Part shown: piece after piece, positions 38,601-53,600 of the stretch
Layout of the letters: the number at the start of each line of letters is the position of its first letter
How positions within the stretch are numbered: the stretch's first letter is position 1
DNA from: Thalia democratica
Taxonomy: Eukaryota
Reading direction: 5' to 3'
DNA: 64,000 nucleotides
NCBI GenBank assembly: GCA_965202585.1
Contig: OZ241826.1
Location: 105,090,001-105,154,000, forward strand
The notes under the pieces: model-generated
Databases searched by the model: none
The model's input: the letters and a program-made list of their open reading frames with translations, nothing else
What the model was told of the DNA's origin: nothing
Program-made: the position numbers and the translations under genes

Positions 38601-41600
38601 TTTTAATTTTGAGAAATGTAATATTATTTTCTATATAAAGTTAAAATTTTTGTTAACATATATATCAAGTTTTAAATGAAAGGGTAAAATAATTGAATGC
38701 ATTTCGGTTATGATCAAGTTAAAAGTTGAAATTGACAATAAGAATTCTCAACGAAGTGATTTGATAAATAGTATTTTTAAAACACCATAATGTGATGACG
38801 AATAAAATTTTAAAAGTAATATTTTGTTGGAAATATATGCAAATCATGTATTTGAAAATTCTTGTGTTTGAAACACAAATAATTAGATTATTAAAAACTC
38901 CTTATGGTGAAAGCTTAGTTTCAGTCTTTAAATAGATAAAACAATATGACTAATTGTAAGATTTGTACAGCTTCTCTCAGTGAAGTTTGATCTCTTATAA
39001 AAATGTCGCAATTTTAATAGATTGAGACAAATATAAAGTCAGCAGACCACAATGTTTTATAAATAAATTGTTGGCCAAGTGTTAAAAATTCGAAATAAAA
39101 AGTTTTGGCGTTGCATTTTAATCTTGTTTTAGAAACCACACAAAATGAAATAAATTAAATTTTCAAGAGTTTAGTTTCTACATGTTTATTTACTTACATT
39201 GTGTATTGTAATATATTTTTTAAAAGTTTACATTTAGCAAATATAGCACAAAAACATATGTTTTAAGACATTTTTATAATAAGTTTTGCATCAAACTTTC
39301 GAACAATATTTAATGAATCAGTTGTCAGTCTAGTATTAAACGATATTTTACTAAAATAACAAGTTTTGGAGTCTGTTTTATTTTGTTCTAGAAACCGCCA
39401 TATTTTCATAAAATTTACAAAAATTTGCTTTTTAATTTTTTTAATTATTTGTAGTGCGTTTCTCGATATGCATAATAAGTAACAAACATAATAACTTCCA
39501 AATAAGATATAAAGAGTAAAGGTCCCATATTCATTAGTTCACATATTTTAAAACGTTTTAAAATTTTCAATGACCTAAATAAAATAAAATTATAAATCTA
39601 CGAAGTAAGATTATTGAATTTATTACTAAGTCATGATTACACCTGTCTTGTTACTCATAAAAATATTGTAAATAAGAATTCGCAAGTCTATATGAGTTTA
39701 AAGTATCAGTGAAATAGTTTTTATACAAATTTTTCTGTTTTTATTCAGCTTTATCGCCTGAGATTTTTGAACTTAACTATAAAACAGCTGTGTAGTTCAG
39801 TATTTTTATTTGATAGTTTTTATTAACACAACAACTTCTTACTAATAATTAAATTTTTTGGTGTGTTTGTGGTCTTTTTTATTGATTCTTATTAAAATTA
39901 GTCATACAAATATATTTTTATAAAAAAATTATTATGATTATTTTTTAACAGATAAAAATAATTTTACTTAAATATAGTTTTTGTTAAATAAATAATATTA
40001 TTGAACGTGATAGTTAATAACTAAAATAAAAAATAAGAACTAAAATTAGTTAGTTTATTATTTTTATTCAGCTGGAAGGAAAGCAACCGTCCTTACTAAT
40101 CCCACCCACCAACCAGAATCACCATGGTAACCAGCAGCAACCTCCCGTAACAACAACACCGGTTGCTACGGAGAAACTCGTTGCTAAGCTACCAAGCAGC
40201 ATGAAGCTGAAGAAGAAGAAACAGACTACTAACAGCAAAACTGATCAGAACAACAAGAATATTGTTAACAACAACCACGAAAATCATGTTTTGCAGTTAG
40301 TAATTGAAAATAATATTTATTAATATAATTATAAGAAAGTTTTTAGAAATTTTAAAAAATAAGAAAATTAATATCGAATGCCTAAGTTATAATGTTTATT
40401 TTACTTATCAAATTTTATATTTAGTGTTTGTAAAATACATATAAAAAGCTGTAAGAAATAGTTTGATTATGAGGTTTTTAGATTTTGTAACTTAAGCATT
40501 TCAAACAGCACTATACAATTTTCATAAAGAATTTTTTAAATTAATTGCGAAGTTTGTCTAAAGTTACAGCTATAATCAATTTTTACAGATGGTTCACGAA
40601 AAATTAAAAACTTTAAAGTTTATGACCAACTAATTTATTTTTTGTTTAATACTTACTAAATGTCTAATCAATCATTAGATCAAATAATCACCTGACCTAA
40701 TCAATCAAATTTCTCGAAAAGTTATTTCAATGAGCCAACGTTAAAAAAACTTAATTAAGATGCTACATCAACAATATATATATTTTTATTTTTCATAGCA
40801 GACTTATAAAAGTTTTTGGACTTAAGAAACAAAAAACTTTAGATGGGAATATGATGTGTGTATAATCAATAAATAAAATGATAATCTACAAATCTATTTA
40901 ATTAATTTCCTAAAAATCATGAATGCACAATAATATTATTTTTATTGTGGTTTTTCATCTTTTTTTTTTGGTTTTCATATTGATAGACTTATAGACGTCT
41001 ATATGGTAATTTTGATTTACATGGCAAAGTGAAATTAAATAATCGCATCTTAAACTTTGAAAAATATAAATTTAAGCTTTATGACATTTATTAATTTTAT
41101 TAACATATCAAATTGCAGCAGTTTTAAGTTTACTGCATTCATTTAATGATCTAAAAAAACCCTTATAGCCATAATTTATTTAAAGGAATTTATTTGAATA
41201 TAAAGGGCAATAGTACAAATAAATGCTTCAGATAAATAAATCATTTCAATACAAAATTAAAACTGAGTTAAACAATTAAAATACTTCAAAACAACTAATT
41301 CTCACAGTTTTCGGATAAAACTTTGTACATTTCAATGATCATTAAAGAGCTTAAAAAAGCTTCGATTAATTTTCTTAAAAGCGATGTTTAATAAAAAATA
41401 ATAGAAGTAATTAATTATGACAAAATGTAAATGTTTCGTAATCTTTACTAAATAAACAAAAATAAATACGTATATAGTTTAAATAGTTCGGCAATGTTGG
41501 AACGCGATAAACTTCGCCTTCAAAACCTAATGAAAATAAATAAATAAGTTTAAAATATTGTTTATAACTGTATCATCATGCTGTTCAAATAGTAGTATTT

Positions 41601-44600
41601 TTTATTAGTAGTATCTAATTTCATTTCAGCTCAGCAATGTCCGAAAAAAAACGAACTATGCCTACAAAACGTGATGAAATATAAATAAATTAGTTTAAAA
41701 CTTTGTGTAATAAACTATATCATCATGCTGTTTAAATATAAAAAAATTATAAAATAATTTCATTTCAGTTCTGCCATGCTCGAAAGAATTAAACTATGCC
41801 TACAAAACCTGATAAAAATAAATAAATAATTATCATAACAATTAGAAAGTCGGTACATATACATCAGTAAATATTATATTTACATTTCAGCTCTGCCATG
41901 CTTGAAAGAGACGAACTACGCCTACAAAACCTGATAAAATACAACTATATAGTTTTAAGTAAATAAATTAAATATATTATTAATTAAAATTTCTTCTTTT
42001 ACAGCTCAGCAATGTTGGAACGAGACGAACTCCGCTTACAAAACCTGATGAAGTACAACGACGAAACGTATGTTGGAAATGAAAACGAGCAGAGACAACT
42101 GGAAGAACTTCAGAGGCAGTTGGATGAGCTCAATAGGAACGACACCAGTAAGGGATTCTTCAGTTGTTTCGTTGAAAAGCATAATGAGGAGGAGAACAAG
42201 AACAAGGCGGATCTTTTCTGGAAGGACATGGATACGAGGTCTTTGAGATTTGTGTAAAAGTATCTGCATGAATAAAAAAAAATTATAGACAAATTGGCTC
42301 TTTTTAAAAGGAAATGCTTGCTTTATTAGAAAATTTATATTGTATCTCATTAAATGAATTTAAAGATAGCTTTGCATTGCCTTTAGTTTTTAATAACAAA
42401 TTATATAATATCTTTTAGTAGTTTTAGGAGTATTTAAAAAAAGTTTTGTACTTGATTTTTAGAGCATGAATTGAAAGTTTTTATAATTATTTTATGTCTA
42501 CTCTAAGTAGTGTTTGCAATTTGTTGGAAAAAAACTAATAAACTCTTTATATTGTATGTTAAGTTGTTGTTATAATTTAAAATTTGTTTATTGGGATCAA
42601 AAAGGTTTAATTACACTAGTTTGAAAAAATAGTATTGGACTTTTTTTTATAAAGATCTTAGATCTATTTAAATATTTGAAAAAAATATTTTAGTTTAATC
42701 TATTGAATTTAGTAGCTTTATAGACCCTTATATAGTTGTGAATAATTTTTTTACCTTGAAAAGTTAATTGGGGTCCATTAAGTTTTTGTTTTAGAGTATT
42801 TACAAAAAATTTAAAACTGCTACAGTGATCTATGTGAAATAAACAAGTTAATATTTTGTTTAAAAAAGTACTACAGATTAAGTAATGAATGTGTTTTTGT
42901 TTTGTTTACAGAAGTAAACGAATATAGTACTTCTAACAAGTATTTTTTAGGCGTAACTACAGCAAATACTAATATTTTTTTTTAAATTCTAACACATTTA
43001 TATATAATCTTCATTAAACTTCATAGTCTTCTCTTAGACCGCGGTTTGTTGATATAGTATATTGTTGTTAATATTTATTTATATTACCAATTTATATAGT
43101 TTGTGTCACCTACTTGAATATGAACGTTTCATGCTTGTGATAGTTTGTAAGTCTTGTCCTTAATTGTATTTTTTTTAAATGCTGTGAAAATTTCATTTCA
43201 CCCAAATATTAGAAGTTAAAGGTGTCAAATCTAAATATCTTTTGTTTATTGAAAAAAAACTTATACGAATAAATAAATAAAAGATTATGATAAGCACAAT
43301 CAAAATAAAGAAACTTTAAACCTATTATTCCAAATAAAAAATAAATAATATTTAAAATAAATGGAACTTATTTATTAGTTAAAACTGTTTTTTAGTTATA
43401 TTTTTTAGTGATTACTAAATTCATTTTAAAACAGACTATTTATTTTAAATTTGTAAGTTTATTACTTGAATTTTGTATGAAAAAGCGTAATAATGTTCAA
43501 AAGCGATAAAATGACCAATACCTCTAAATATATTAATAACAAAACATAAAATAAAACCAATCAATGTATCAATAAAACATAAAACAATGTAATATTTTAC
43601 AGATAAAAACATATTAAAGCCTAGGAATTGGATGCATTTTCTGTTGACTTTTTGTTCATTTGTTTTAAATGCTTTACGCTATGGTTAGAGGACGTAACAT
43701 ATATATATTATTAATAATACGCTACGGTTTTTTGATACAACTGTTTACCTAGCTTATCGATAGACTAGTTCATCATTCAAGTTATTAGATTGATAATAAC
43801 ATGAAAAATAAGTCAATACACTCATATTCAAGCATGTTGCAATAGTGCTTTAATAATATTACACACCTACAATTCCTTCTGACGAGCCTCAGTTCTACTG
43901 ATTTTTGTAATGCACAATATTACATCATACTGTTTTTTTATTTTTTTGCATAACTTTTGTACAGTGCTTTTTATTTTGAATTTAATTGGCTGATGATTAA
44001 AGCTTTATGAAACATATGTACCATTATTTTTAAAATCTTACTTTTTCAATTAATTATTTAAAAGCCTTTCAAGTGGGCTCAGTAGAAGGTGTTCAAGTTT
44101 GAATAATAACCTTATTTTATATATATATATATATATTTGACTTATAGCTAATTTTCTTATGACGTCACTATTAAACACATTACTACCCTTCATTAAAACC
44201 AACTGAAGTAACATTGAAGCGTTATATACTAGTTTAACGACTTTTAACTTATTTTTAATACTTTAATCTTCTATGACGTCATAATCAAGTATACTACTTG
44301 TACAGACACGAGAGCATATTCTCCTCACCCTCGAAACCTGCGCAAAAAGTTGAGAAAGTTCCTCCGAAGAACATTTTCGAGCTGATGCTGTCGCCCGACG
44401 CGGGAGGAGGAACGAGTAAAAGTGAGGAGAAAATATTTTTTTTATTTTTGGTCTATTAATATTATGATTTGTCCTTTAAAAATAACCTACACTGAAAGTT
44501 ATTACTTGGTTGTACCTAAATTAAGAAGAAATTTTTCAATAAAATAAGTTTCGAGTTTAATTATCTTTCTGTTTTATCTCTAAAAATGAAATAAACAGTA

Positions 44601-47600
44601 CGATCTTTTAACGTAGACACACTGGATAATTTTAACATCATTTTCTCCTGTTCAGAGATACCAGCGGCTTCATCCATTACGTCTTCATCCAACAAAAATC
44701 AAGAGCATTCAAAAAACTTTTCAACAACCAATGAGCATTCAAAAAACTTTTCAACAACAAATGAGCATTCAAAAAACTTTTCAACAACCAATGAGCATTC
44801 AAAAAACTTTTCAACAACCAATGAGCATTCAAAAAACTTTTCAACAACCAATGAGCATTCAAAAAACTTGCACCCTCTCAGTGATCAGCCGGCTTGCGCT
44901 GGGAGCGGAACTGTCAACGCCGGCAACGCGACTACTGTGACGTCACAACCGGACGTCGCGTCGCACAAGGACGATGCGTCACAACACGAACGCGCGTCGT
45001 CCGATAATTTGGTGGAATCCGAATTTAAGGAGAAAATTGAAACGTTTCAGGATGTCGTTGTAAATGACGACGATTTTCCTGGCGACCAATTGGAAGACGA
45101 GATCGTCGTCATGGAAACTTTCGACGCGGAAGTAGTCGAGGAAACGGTGGTTTGCAACGATGACGTCATGAGTTCCGATTCGTATGACGATGACGTCAGA
45201 AACTTCGCGCGCGCCTTGCTCGAAGAGAGAAGTTCCGTTGACGAAACGGAAGTCGTCGCAAAGAAGAAGGTCTCCAAGGAAGAAGCTCCCAAGGTTGAGC
45301 CGAAGAAGGAAAAGTACAAAGTGGAAGCTCCTATTACTTCAAACTACAAACCCAGCAAGCAGGCGCTGGTCAAAAAGAAGGAGAAAAGGTCTTTGGAGGA
45401 GAGGAAAGACAGAAAGATGATACCGAGCAAGAAGAATTCGAAACAAAAGGTGCAGAAGAGAAAGAAGAACTTTCTCGAATCAAGCTCTGAAAGCTCGAGT
45501 TCTCTGAGCGATTTTTCAGACGATGACGATATTATTATGAACAAGTTGGTACCCGAGAGAAAAATGTCACCTCAGAGGAAAATGTCACCCAAGAAAGCGA
45601 AGCACAAGGTTCATTCCAGGGACGAGAGGATAAAATCTCCTCCCGCTGAAAAGAAGAAGAAAAATAGGGAAGAATCTATGGAGATCTCTTCTCCCAAACA
45701 CCACAAGAAAGTCAAGCACAACAGGGACAGCCCCAAAAACAAACCGGTCAAAAGCAAGCACGAGAAAGCGAAGAGTAAACACTCGAGCGAAAAATCCGAC
45801 AAGCCCAAGTCGTTGAAGCCGCACAAGCAAAAGAGCGTTCAATCGACTCCTACGCCTAAAAAGGAGCAGCCTAAAATTTTGAAGAAGAAAAAGAAGTCGC
45901 CTCTCAAGCGTCAGGAGAAAGTGCCTCTTTATAGCACTTCCAGCAGCTCGGAGAGCGACGGGTTCAATTTCGACGACGAAGTTCCGAAATGCGCACCTTC
46001 TAAACTCGACCCGAAGATTTTGGATTCTGAAGAAAGCGACGCGTCAAAAAGGCGCGAAAAATCAAAACTTCCCGATCTTTCAAACTTCTCGTCAACTTCG
46101 TCTTCCTCCAGCAGCGACGACTCGTACATGGAGGGATACATCAAAGAGATGATATCGAGACCGCAGGAGGAAGTCGAGAAAGTGAAGAGCAGGAAGCAGG
46201 GACAGAGCTCGTTTGAAAAACCCAAGAAAGACCCGAAACACGAGGACCAGCAGTCGAAGCAGAAAAATCTTAATAAATCTCAATCCTACAACGTGTGCTT
46301 GTCTTCAGACTCTAGCCTTGATGTCGACGCCAAGCTGCCCCAATCCGCTCCTCCCTACCAACACAGACCCCACGACAAGCAGTTGCCTGGCAACAAGAAG
46401 TCGTCGTTCGCGTCGCCATGCAGGAGTAAAGATCAACCCAAGTTCTCCAGCAAAGTGAACAAGAACAAGAAAAAGTTTTCGTCGCCACCAAGCACCAACT
46501 CTCCTTTCAGGTAAACAATAAATTAAGTATATCATTTAGTTTCACTTTTCTAAATATTTTTTTTATGAACAGAACACACATATATTTCACAAGTACTTTC
46601 GTTAATTTTTATAAATAATAATTTTAACTGTAAAACATGTGTAACTAATATTTTTAAAAATGTTCAGGTACAATAAAAACAAGGGTAGTATAAGAAAAAC
46701 ATTTATTAACAACTCTGTTTTTTTTTTGATAAATATTTTATAGTAATAAATACATATAGATCTTGCTTCAACAAAGAGATGCGTAAACCTTCTTTCGAGT
46801 CTTTCAAACCGGTCAACTTCAAACCTTCGTCGCAAAGCTTCTCATCAACCGACTCAGATAACAGCGACGATTCAGATCAACCTACATTGAACCTGGGCAA
46901 GACGTTGTCAGAAGAGGAACAGAAAAAGTTCATGGGCAACAAAGTGTTTTCAAACGTGCACAATAAGAACAAGTTTGAGAGGAAGGTGTCGAAAGATCAC
47001 GGTGATAAGAGTAAGCAGTGGCTGCATAAGAACAAGAAGAAAAACAAGAAAAGTTCGCAGCAACCACAACAGGTATGAATTAGTTTTCATTGGCTTCGGA
47101 TTTTAAGATTTTAAAACAAAATATAGTGTTAATATATAATTTAATACTTATAGATGTATCATATATTTAAGCCATGTCAAAAAAGTTTTAATAGCTTACT
47201 CCCAGCATATTTACAACATTCTACTTGATAAGTACCACTATATAACAGTTGTTACTAGTCTTTAAATATACTCTTTTACTATACTATCAAACACAAAACT
47301 AAAATTCATACTACTTCCTTTAATAAACTGTCTTTTTTTTCAACATAGGTAAAACCCCCATCAAGCAACCAACACCGCAAGATATCATGGCAATCTAGCA
47401 ACAGTCCATCATACTCATCAAGTGATCACCACCCGAAAGTGTCGAAACTTATGAAGAAATCTTCAGGTTCACCTGCTGTGAACTACTTGAACAGCCCTTC
47501 CAGTGTGAAAGAGAAACTGAAGAACGAGTGGCTTGCATCCAGTGTTGATAAGGTTTGTAACTTAAATATGAAACAATAAAAAATTTGATACATGGTATGC

Positions 47601-50600
47601 TGTGTGTTTTTCTATAAATACAAGTACTCTTCTGTACATGAAAGACAACACTTAAATTTTTATTTTCATTGAGCTACACTAAAGAAAATCTAATTTACGG
47701 TTATAAACTTTAGTTATTTTGAGTAGTTTTTTGGTGTATGAAACAGCTTTTTATTAAAAAATAAATGCATTCACTAAATTTTCTTAATCAGATTTTAATT
47801 CGTTCATAACATTTTCAGGTATGTAACAAGTTCGACAAGCACCAAAAGAAGACATTCTCCCACCAACAACAACCTCAACCCGTGTTGAAGAAATCCGCGT
47901 CCCAGAAAGAAGCCAAACAGCAAGAAGTAGTTGATAAGAAGAAAACACAGGAACGAAGCAAGTCGGCATCAAGTAGTCACCATCATGACAACAAGAAAGT
48001 TTGCAATCTTAAGAGTATAAGGAAGACTTTGAGCAATCAGAGAAGAGGAACTCCTATTACGTCAAGTACTGAAAAAAGGTTTGACTCTTTAGTACAAAAT
48101 TTATTTGATAAAAAACAAAAAACTATTACTATATACTAATATTTAAAAACTCAACCTCTAAGTGTTAAACTCTATAATTAACTTTTTTGTAAGTTTTTGA
48201 TTATTCAACTATGTTTTGTAAAAAAAATAATTTATTTAAAATAGTAGTTAGCTTTCTTACAAACATATGATAAAATTATTATATCTGTAATTTTTAGGTT
48301 CCAACCGAAAAACAAGACCCAAATAAAATCCCCTCTTCGCCAACAGCAACCCCACAAGAAACCCCAAAACATTCCCCAAAACCAAAACTCGTACAAGGAA
48401 GATTTGAAGATGACTGACGACTCTAGCGAAGATTCCACCTCGTCAGATAACATGTGCGCGTTCAACACCGATGTAAGGAGAAAAGTTCCAAGTCAGCCTC
48501 ATATTAGGAAGGAGTTTCATAATAGGGAATTACCCTACAACAAGCAGCAAAGTTGGGCTTCGAGCAATCTGACTTCGTCGAGTTCGGAGAGTTCGTCGGA
48601 TTTCGAACCTGTTAAGGAGGTAAGTTTTTGTTTATTATCTTTTTTTAAATTTATTACATCTTTTTACACACTTCATCTATATTAATTATAATCTATAAAC
48701 AGTTTGTAAAATAGTTGAAGTAAAGAGAAGTTATGGATATAAGTAGAGAAGTTTTACGCTTACCAATTCAATAAGAGTTTAACTTCTTTTAATAATGCGA
48801 ATTGTGAGAAAATATTGACCTTAGTTAAATCAATAAAAAATGTTGCAAATCAATCAACCTAACTTTACCACAGGACGTAGTATCACCACTAGTTGAGGAC
48901 AAACTGCAAATCGACGAGTCTTCTGCGTTGTACGACCAACAGGACAGGAAAGAACCTCAACAGAAGGAAACAAGTGGTAAGGAAGCAGTGAAGCAGGAAC
49001 CAAAGATGTCCAAGCTGGAACTGGAGGAAGCTGCAGTGAGGAGCATCATAGATCCTGTCAGTAGCATTATTGCTCCTCATCAAGCTTCTCCGCAGAAGAA
49101 ACCAAAGTTTGAAAGCAAAGTTAAAAAGGAGGTCAGGGTTTGATTATATGTTTTGATAGATCTCTGTACATTTGGAGGATAGTGGTATTTACGTTTTAAG
49201 TAGTTAAATAAATTTATTGTTCAAAATTCTATGTAAATAGTCTGTCGATGTGTCTCTGTTTGCAAAAAAAGATTTTGTCAATTTAAAAAAAAAAAAAAAA
49301 GACTAGTTTTTTAAAATATATTTAGACCTAGTGTTTTGTGTCTTTTTTAACAAACTTTAAAACACTACACAAAATTATAAACTAACTTAATATCTCAGGC
49401 AAGCAAACCAGATACTTCTTCCAATGTACAACCAGTTCAAGACGATGTTCAGAAACAATTGGACGATGAAGCGAAAGCAGCTGCTGATCTGTTGAGATCT
49501 GAAGCTGAAGAACAAGAACTAGCTGCTGCTGTTAATAGTATTTTCATGGATCCGTTTGGTACACAGAATAATAAGGTAAATATTTAGTTGTTAGATAGTC
49601 AATAGTTTTCAACTAAGCAGTTGTAAAAAGTAGAGTACTTTTTGTAGCCTTTTGACAACTATTTTACCAATAAAAAACATTTTCTGCTAAATTTGTATTT
49701 TTCGCCTTTAAAACTTTTAGTTGGTTGCCATTTATAATTTTTATTTATTTAGGCTGCATCAGATGATTGCGTAGATGAAGACAGCGATTATAACGACCTC
49801 AAGAACATTTCTCCTGATAAGAGAATCATTTCTCCTGAAAAGAAGTTATTTTCGCCCGAGAAGAAGTATGATGATGATCTCAGAAAAATATCTTCTGAGA
49901 AAAAAATCTTCTCGCCAGAGAAGAAGATGTTTACACCTGAAAAGAAAGAACTAGATGTGAGTTTTTCAAATATAAGAGCTTTGATTCAATTGAAAAAAGT
50001 CTAGTATTTTTCTTTAAACTCTTAAAGTTTATTTTAGTAAACAGTTTAGTTTAGTTAAAAATTACCAAGATGATTAATAGAACAGTACTCTTTTTCAGAA
50101 AAAGCTGTTGAATTAAATTTACTTTTGCAACAATTATACTTATAACTAAAATATACTATATAATAACATTAAATGTTTATTTTTTTTGTAGCGCACGCCA
50201 CAATGGAACACATCCAAGTATATTGATTTAAACAAAGAAGAAATAAAACTACCAAGCAACATAAGTGTAACTCCTGAAAAAACTCCTCAATTGAAATCTG
50301 CTAACACTACGCCTCTGTTCGGTTGCAATGTTAGTTATTTTGTTGTTATTTGAAATACAGTAGTTTGAGTTACTTTGTATTTAAAAATAATTTGTAATAC
50401 TGCTTAAAAAAGTAGTAAAATAGTGTTTTTATTTAGTGTTGGAAAAATTATTTATTATAATTTTTATTATCAAACTACAAAATTTTATATTTAACTTTAT
50501 CCTGTCACAAATATTTTGCCAGTTAAATTAGTCATGTTTATTTTTTGGCAAATGAGTTTTTATTAAATTTAAAAAATACGTTATGACATTTCAATACTTT

Positions 50601-53600
50601 TTTTTTTGATAAATTATAGTTACCTTTTATTTATATATATTTTTCTTGTTGTTAAAAATTGTAAAAACCAAATAAAATATTAGTAATAAGCTAGATAGAC
50701 CAAGTAAAAAAAGGTTTTTGATACTCGATAAACCTAAAAGCAAATTATTATTTTATTTTTGTAAAATCTTTTATAACATATTGGGAGTTATACAAAGTGT
50801 GAAATGTAATTACATTATTATGTAAAATTTTACTAATGAGTTGTAGTAAACAGTGTTATCAGTAATAGTGTAAAAGATAAGAAAAATGATAAATTACAAT
50901 AATTTTCACAGATTTTTGATAAGCTACAATTAGTGAGGCTTAGCAAATTGTTTAGACACAGCTAGAAAGAAGAATGATTAAAAGAAAGATAGTAGAAAAG
51001 TATAAATAGAATCAAGAAAAGTTTTAGAAAATATTGAGTGTAAAACATTAAAAATATTTATGTTTTTGTTATAAAAAAAAAGTTTCTAGCTTGAAAAATT
51101 ATGTGTTCTTATAATTCAAGTTACAAATAGTTTATATATTTAATTGTACAAAAATGTGTAATAAATTTTTTTTATAGTTTATTAAAACTTGTTTGTTATA
51201 TATGTATATTATTATACTTAGTAAAAGAGCTAAAAAGTCTTTTAAATATAAGCTTTTTTAGTATTAAATTATTTAAATACAAAATAAAGTATACATTATT
51301 TTTTATAAACTTAAAAGCAGTATACTATAAAATAGTTCAACTTTCATTTGAGTTAGTTTAAACTTGAAGTTTTTTAACCTTTAAATGTTTACTTTTTGTA
51401 TAAACATTTATGTCATTGGATAACATTTAAAGAAATATGATAACTTTATTTCGAATTTAATAAAAAAAATATTATATTTAGTGCTAAAATAGATATGCTA
51501 ATTTTACATAAACTATCCATTTATTTTTGTATACTTAATACAAACGCACATGCTATCATAGAAGTTTAAAGTTAAAAATTAAATAAACAAACTTGAACAC
51601 TTAAAAAAATAAGAACCGCAATATGTTTATATTTATATTAGAATTTCTATGGTTTATTGAATAATAACTTATTATCAAAATATAATTTAATAGTTATCAA
51701 CTAACTAGTATAAGTTTAGACAGAGATATTTAAAATAAATAAAAAGTACAAGACCGATATTTCTAACTTACATGATATCTATTTCGTTGTAATAACGGTA
51801 AAACCAGCTGGTCAAATTGTCTAAATAGCTTTCAGTACAATAAATTAGATTTAAAAGTAGTTAGAATGTTTTTATATATGTAAATTTGAAGCTTTTTTAT
51901 AATAAATTGTTTTAAATTCTCAAGATTACTGTTTCTTATAAAATGGGTTTTAAAAATGCTATTTTATTAGGTTAAGCTTTGCTTGTATGCTAAAGTTATG
52001 GATTTAATAAAAATTTATCTTAATAGTTACAAATTTAAAGTAAAATTCGATATAACATCCTAATTTATTGATTTGTATGTTAAACTATTGTTATATCGAA
52101 TTTAACTTATTTAAAATCTTAACATTTGTCTTTCTTCTAGAAAAGTTTTTAATATCAAATCTTTTGACGTAATTGCTTGAAGCAAGTTAAAATATCACAC
52201 TACTATGAAACAAAATGTTTCATTAAAAGAAAAAATGAATCAAGTTTATCTGTATTTGGTTTTTTGATTTATGCGTTTAAATAAAATCAGTTTCCGGTAC
52301 TTACTTAATAAATATCAATTTTGTTGATCTTGTATATTGCATTGCTAGTTTGTAATGAAAAAAAAAACAGTTAATATTAATAAAGTACTAAACTAGAAAA
52401 TTAGATTTACTTTTAAAAGTGTTTATTGAAGTATATAGTAAATGCTTTTGTCAACTCTGAAACTCTAATCTTTTTGCTTATTTTTTTTTAATTTTCGTTG
52501 TTGAACATGTAAGTTATAATAACAGCTCTATTAAGAAACTTTAGGTCGTAAAACAGAATATAAGCGTACATGATCGTTGTACGTAACAATGTTATTTAGC
52601 AAATACTAGTTTGTATGTTTTTAAATGTTTGAAACTTTGGTTGGCTTTAAAAAAAAACATTTGTGTTTTCAGATAAACTTTGTTTTAATTTTTAAATGTT
52701 AATTTTGGATATTTATGTTACGGTTTGAACAATAACTAAAGTGTTTAATGACACATCAATGTTTTTGGTTCAAGAACAGTTTGGTTTTTTGAGATTATTT
52801 AATTAATTTCTCATACTATCATAAAACACTACTATCTGATAAGTGCTAACAAGGATTCATTTTACATAGCAGTTATTATGGGATTAGATAAATGTTTAGT
52901 CGAAATCATTTAAGCTTTTTTTAATTTTCATTATCCACGAGAAAAAAAAGGTTTAGAAATCAATTTTTTCTAGTTTTAAGTAAAACTCATTTCGATGAAA
53001 TAGATTATAAAAATATTTTATCTTTAAGTGAGCTTAAAAAGGGTACTTATTATGTATTTAAAATATATTAATTTTACACTTATACATACTGCATTTTAAA
53101 GAAAAGCTTAGATTAAAAGCTGTTGTTGTTTTCATTTTACAAATATAGTTTAATACTTTAAGATTTGTCGTATAAAAAAAAGCTAAATCTTGGTTAGAAG
53201 TATTACAATATAAAAGTTTAAGAAAAAAGTGAAAAATAACTATCAAAGATAAACGAATTTTATCAAATATTGATAAAAAAAAAACAAAATCTGAACTTGT
53301 TAGTTAACAAAAATTAAAAAAAGAAAATACTAGCAGTTTAATAAAAAGAATATACTTATCAGTTCACAAAACACGTTCATTTAGTAAAACAACTTATTAA
53401 TAGTTTTACCGAACTCTAAAAAGAAATATTTTTTAACAATTTTTTACAGACATAAATATCAGTTTATTCTAGTATAAATTAATAAAGAAAAAAATTAGCA
53501 TCTTCTTAAATATATTTTTTTTATACACATTTCTTTTTGTGGTTTTAGAACTGTTATAAGAGTAATAACTTTTGACATTTAGGAAATATACATAAGTTTT

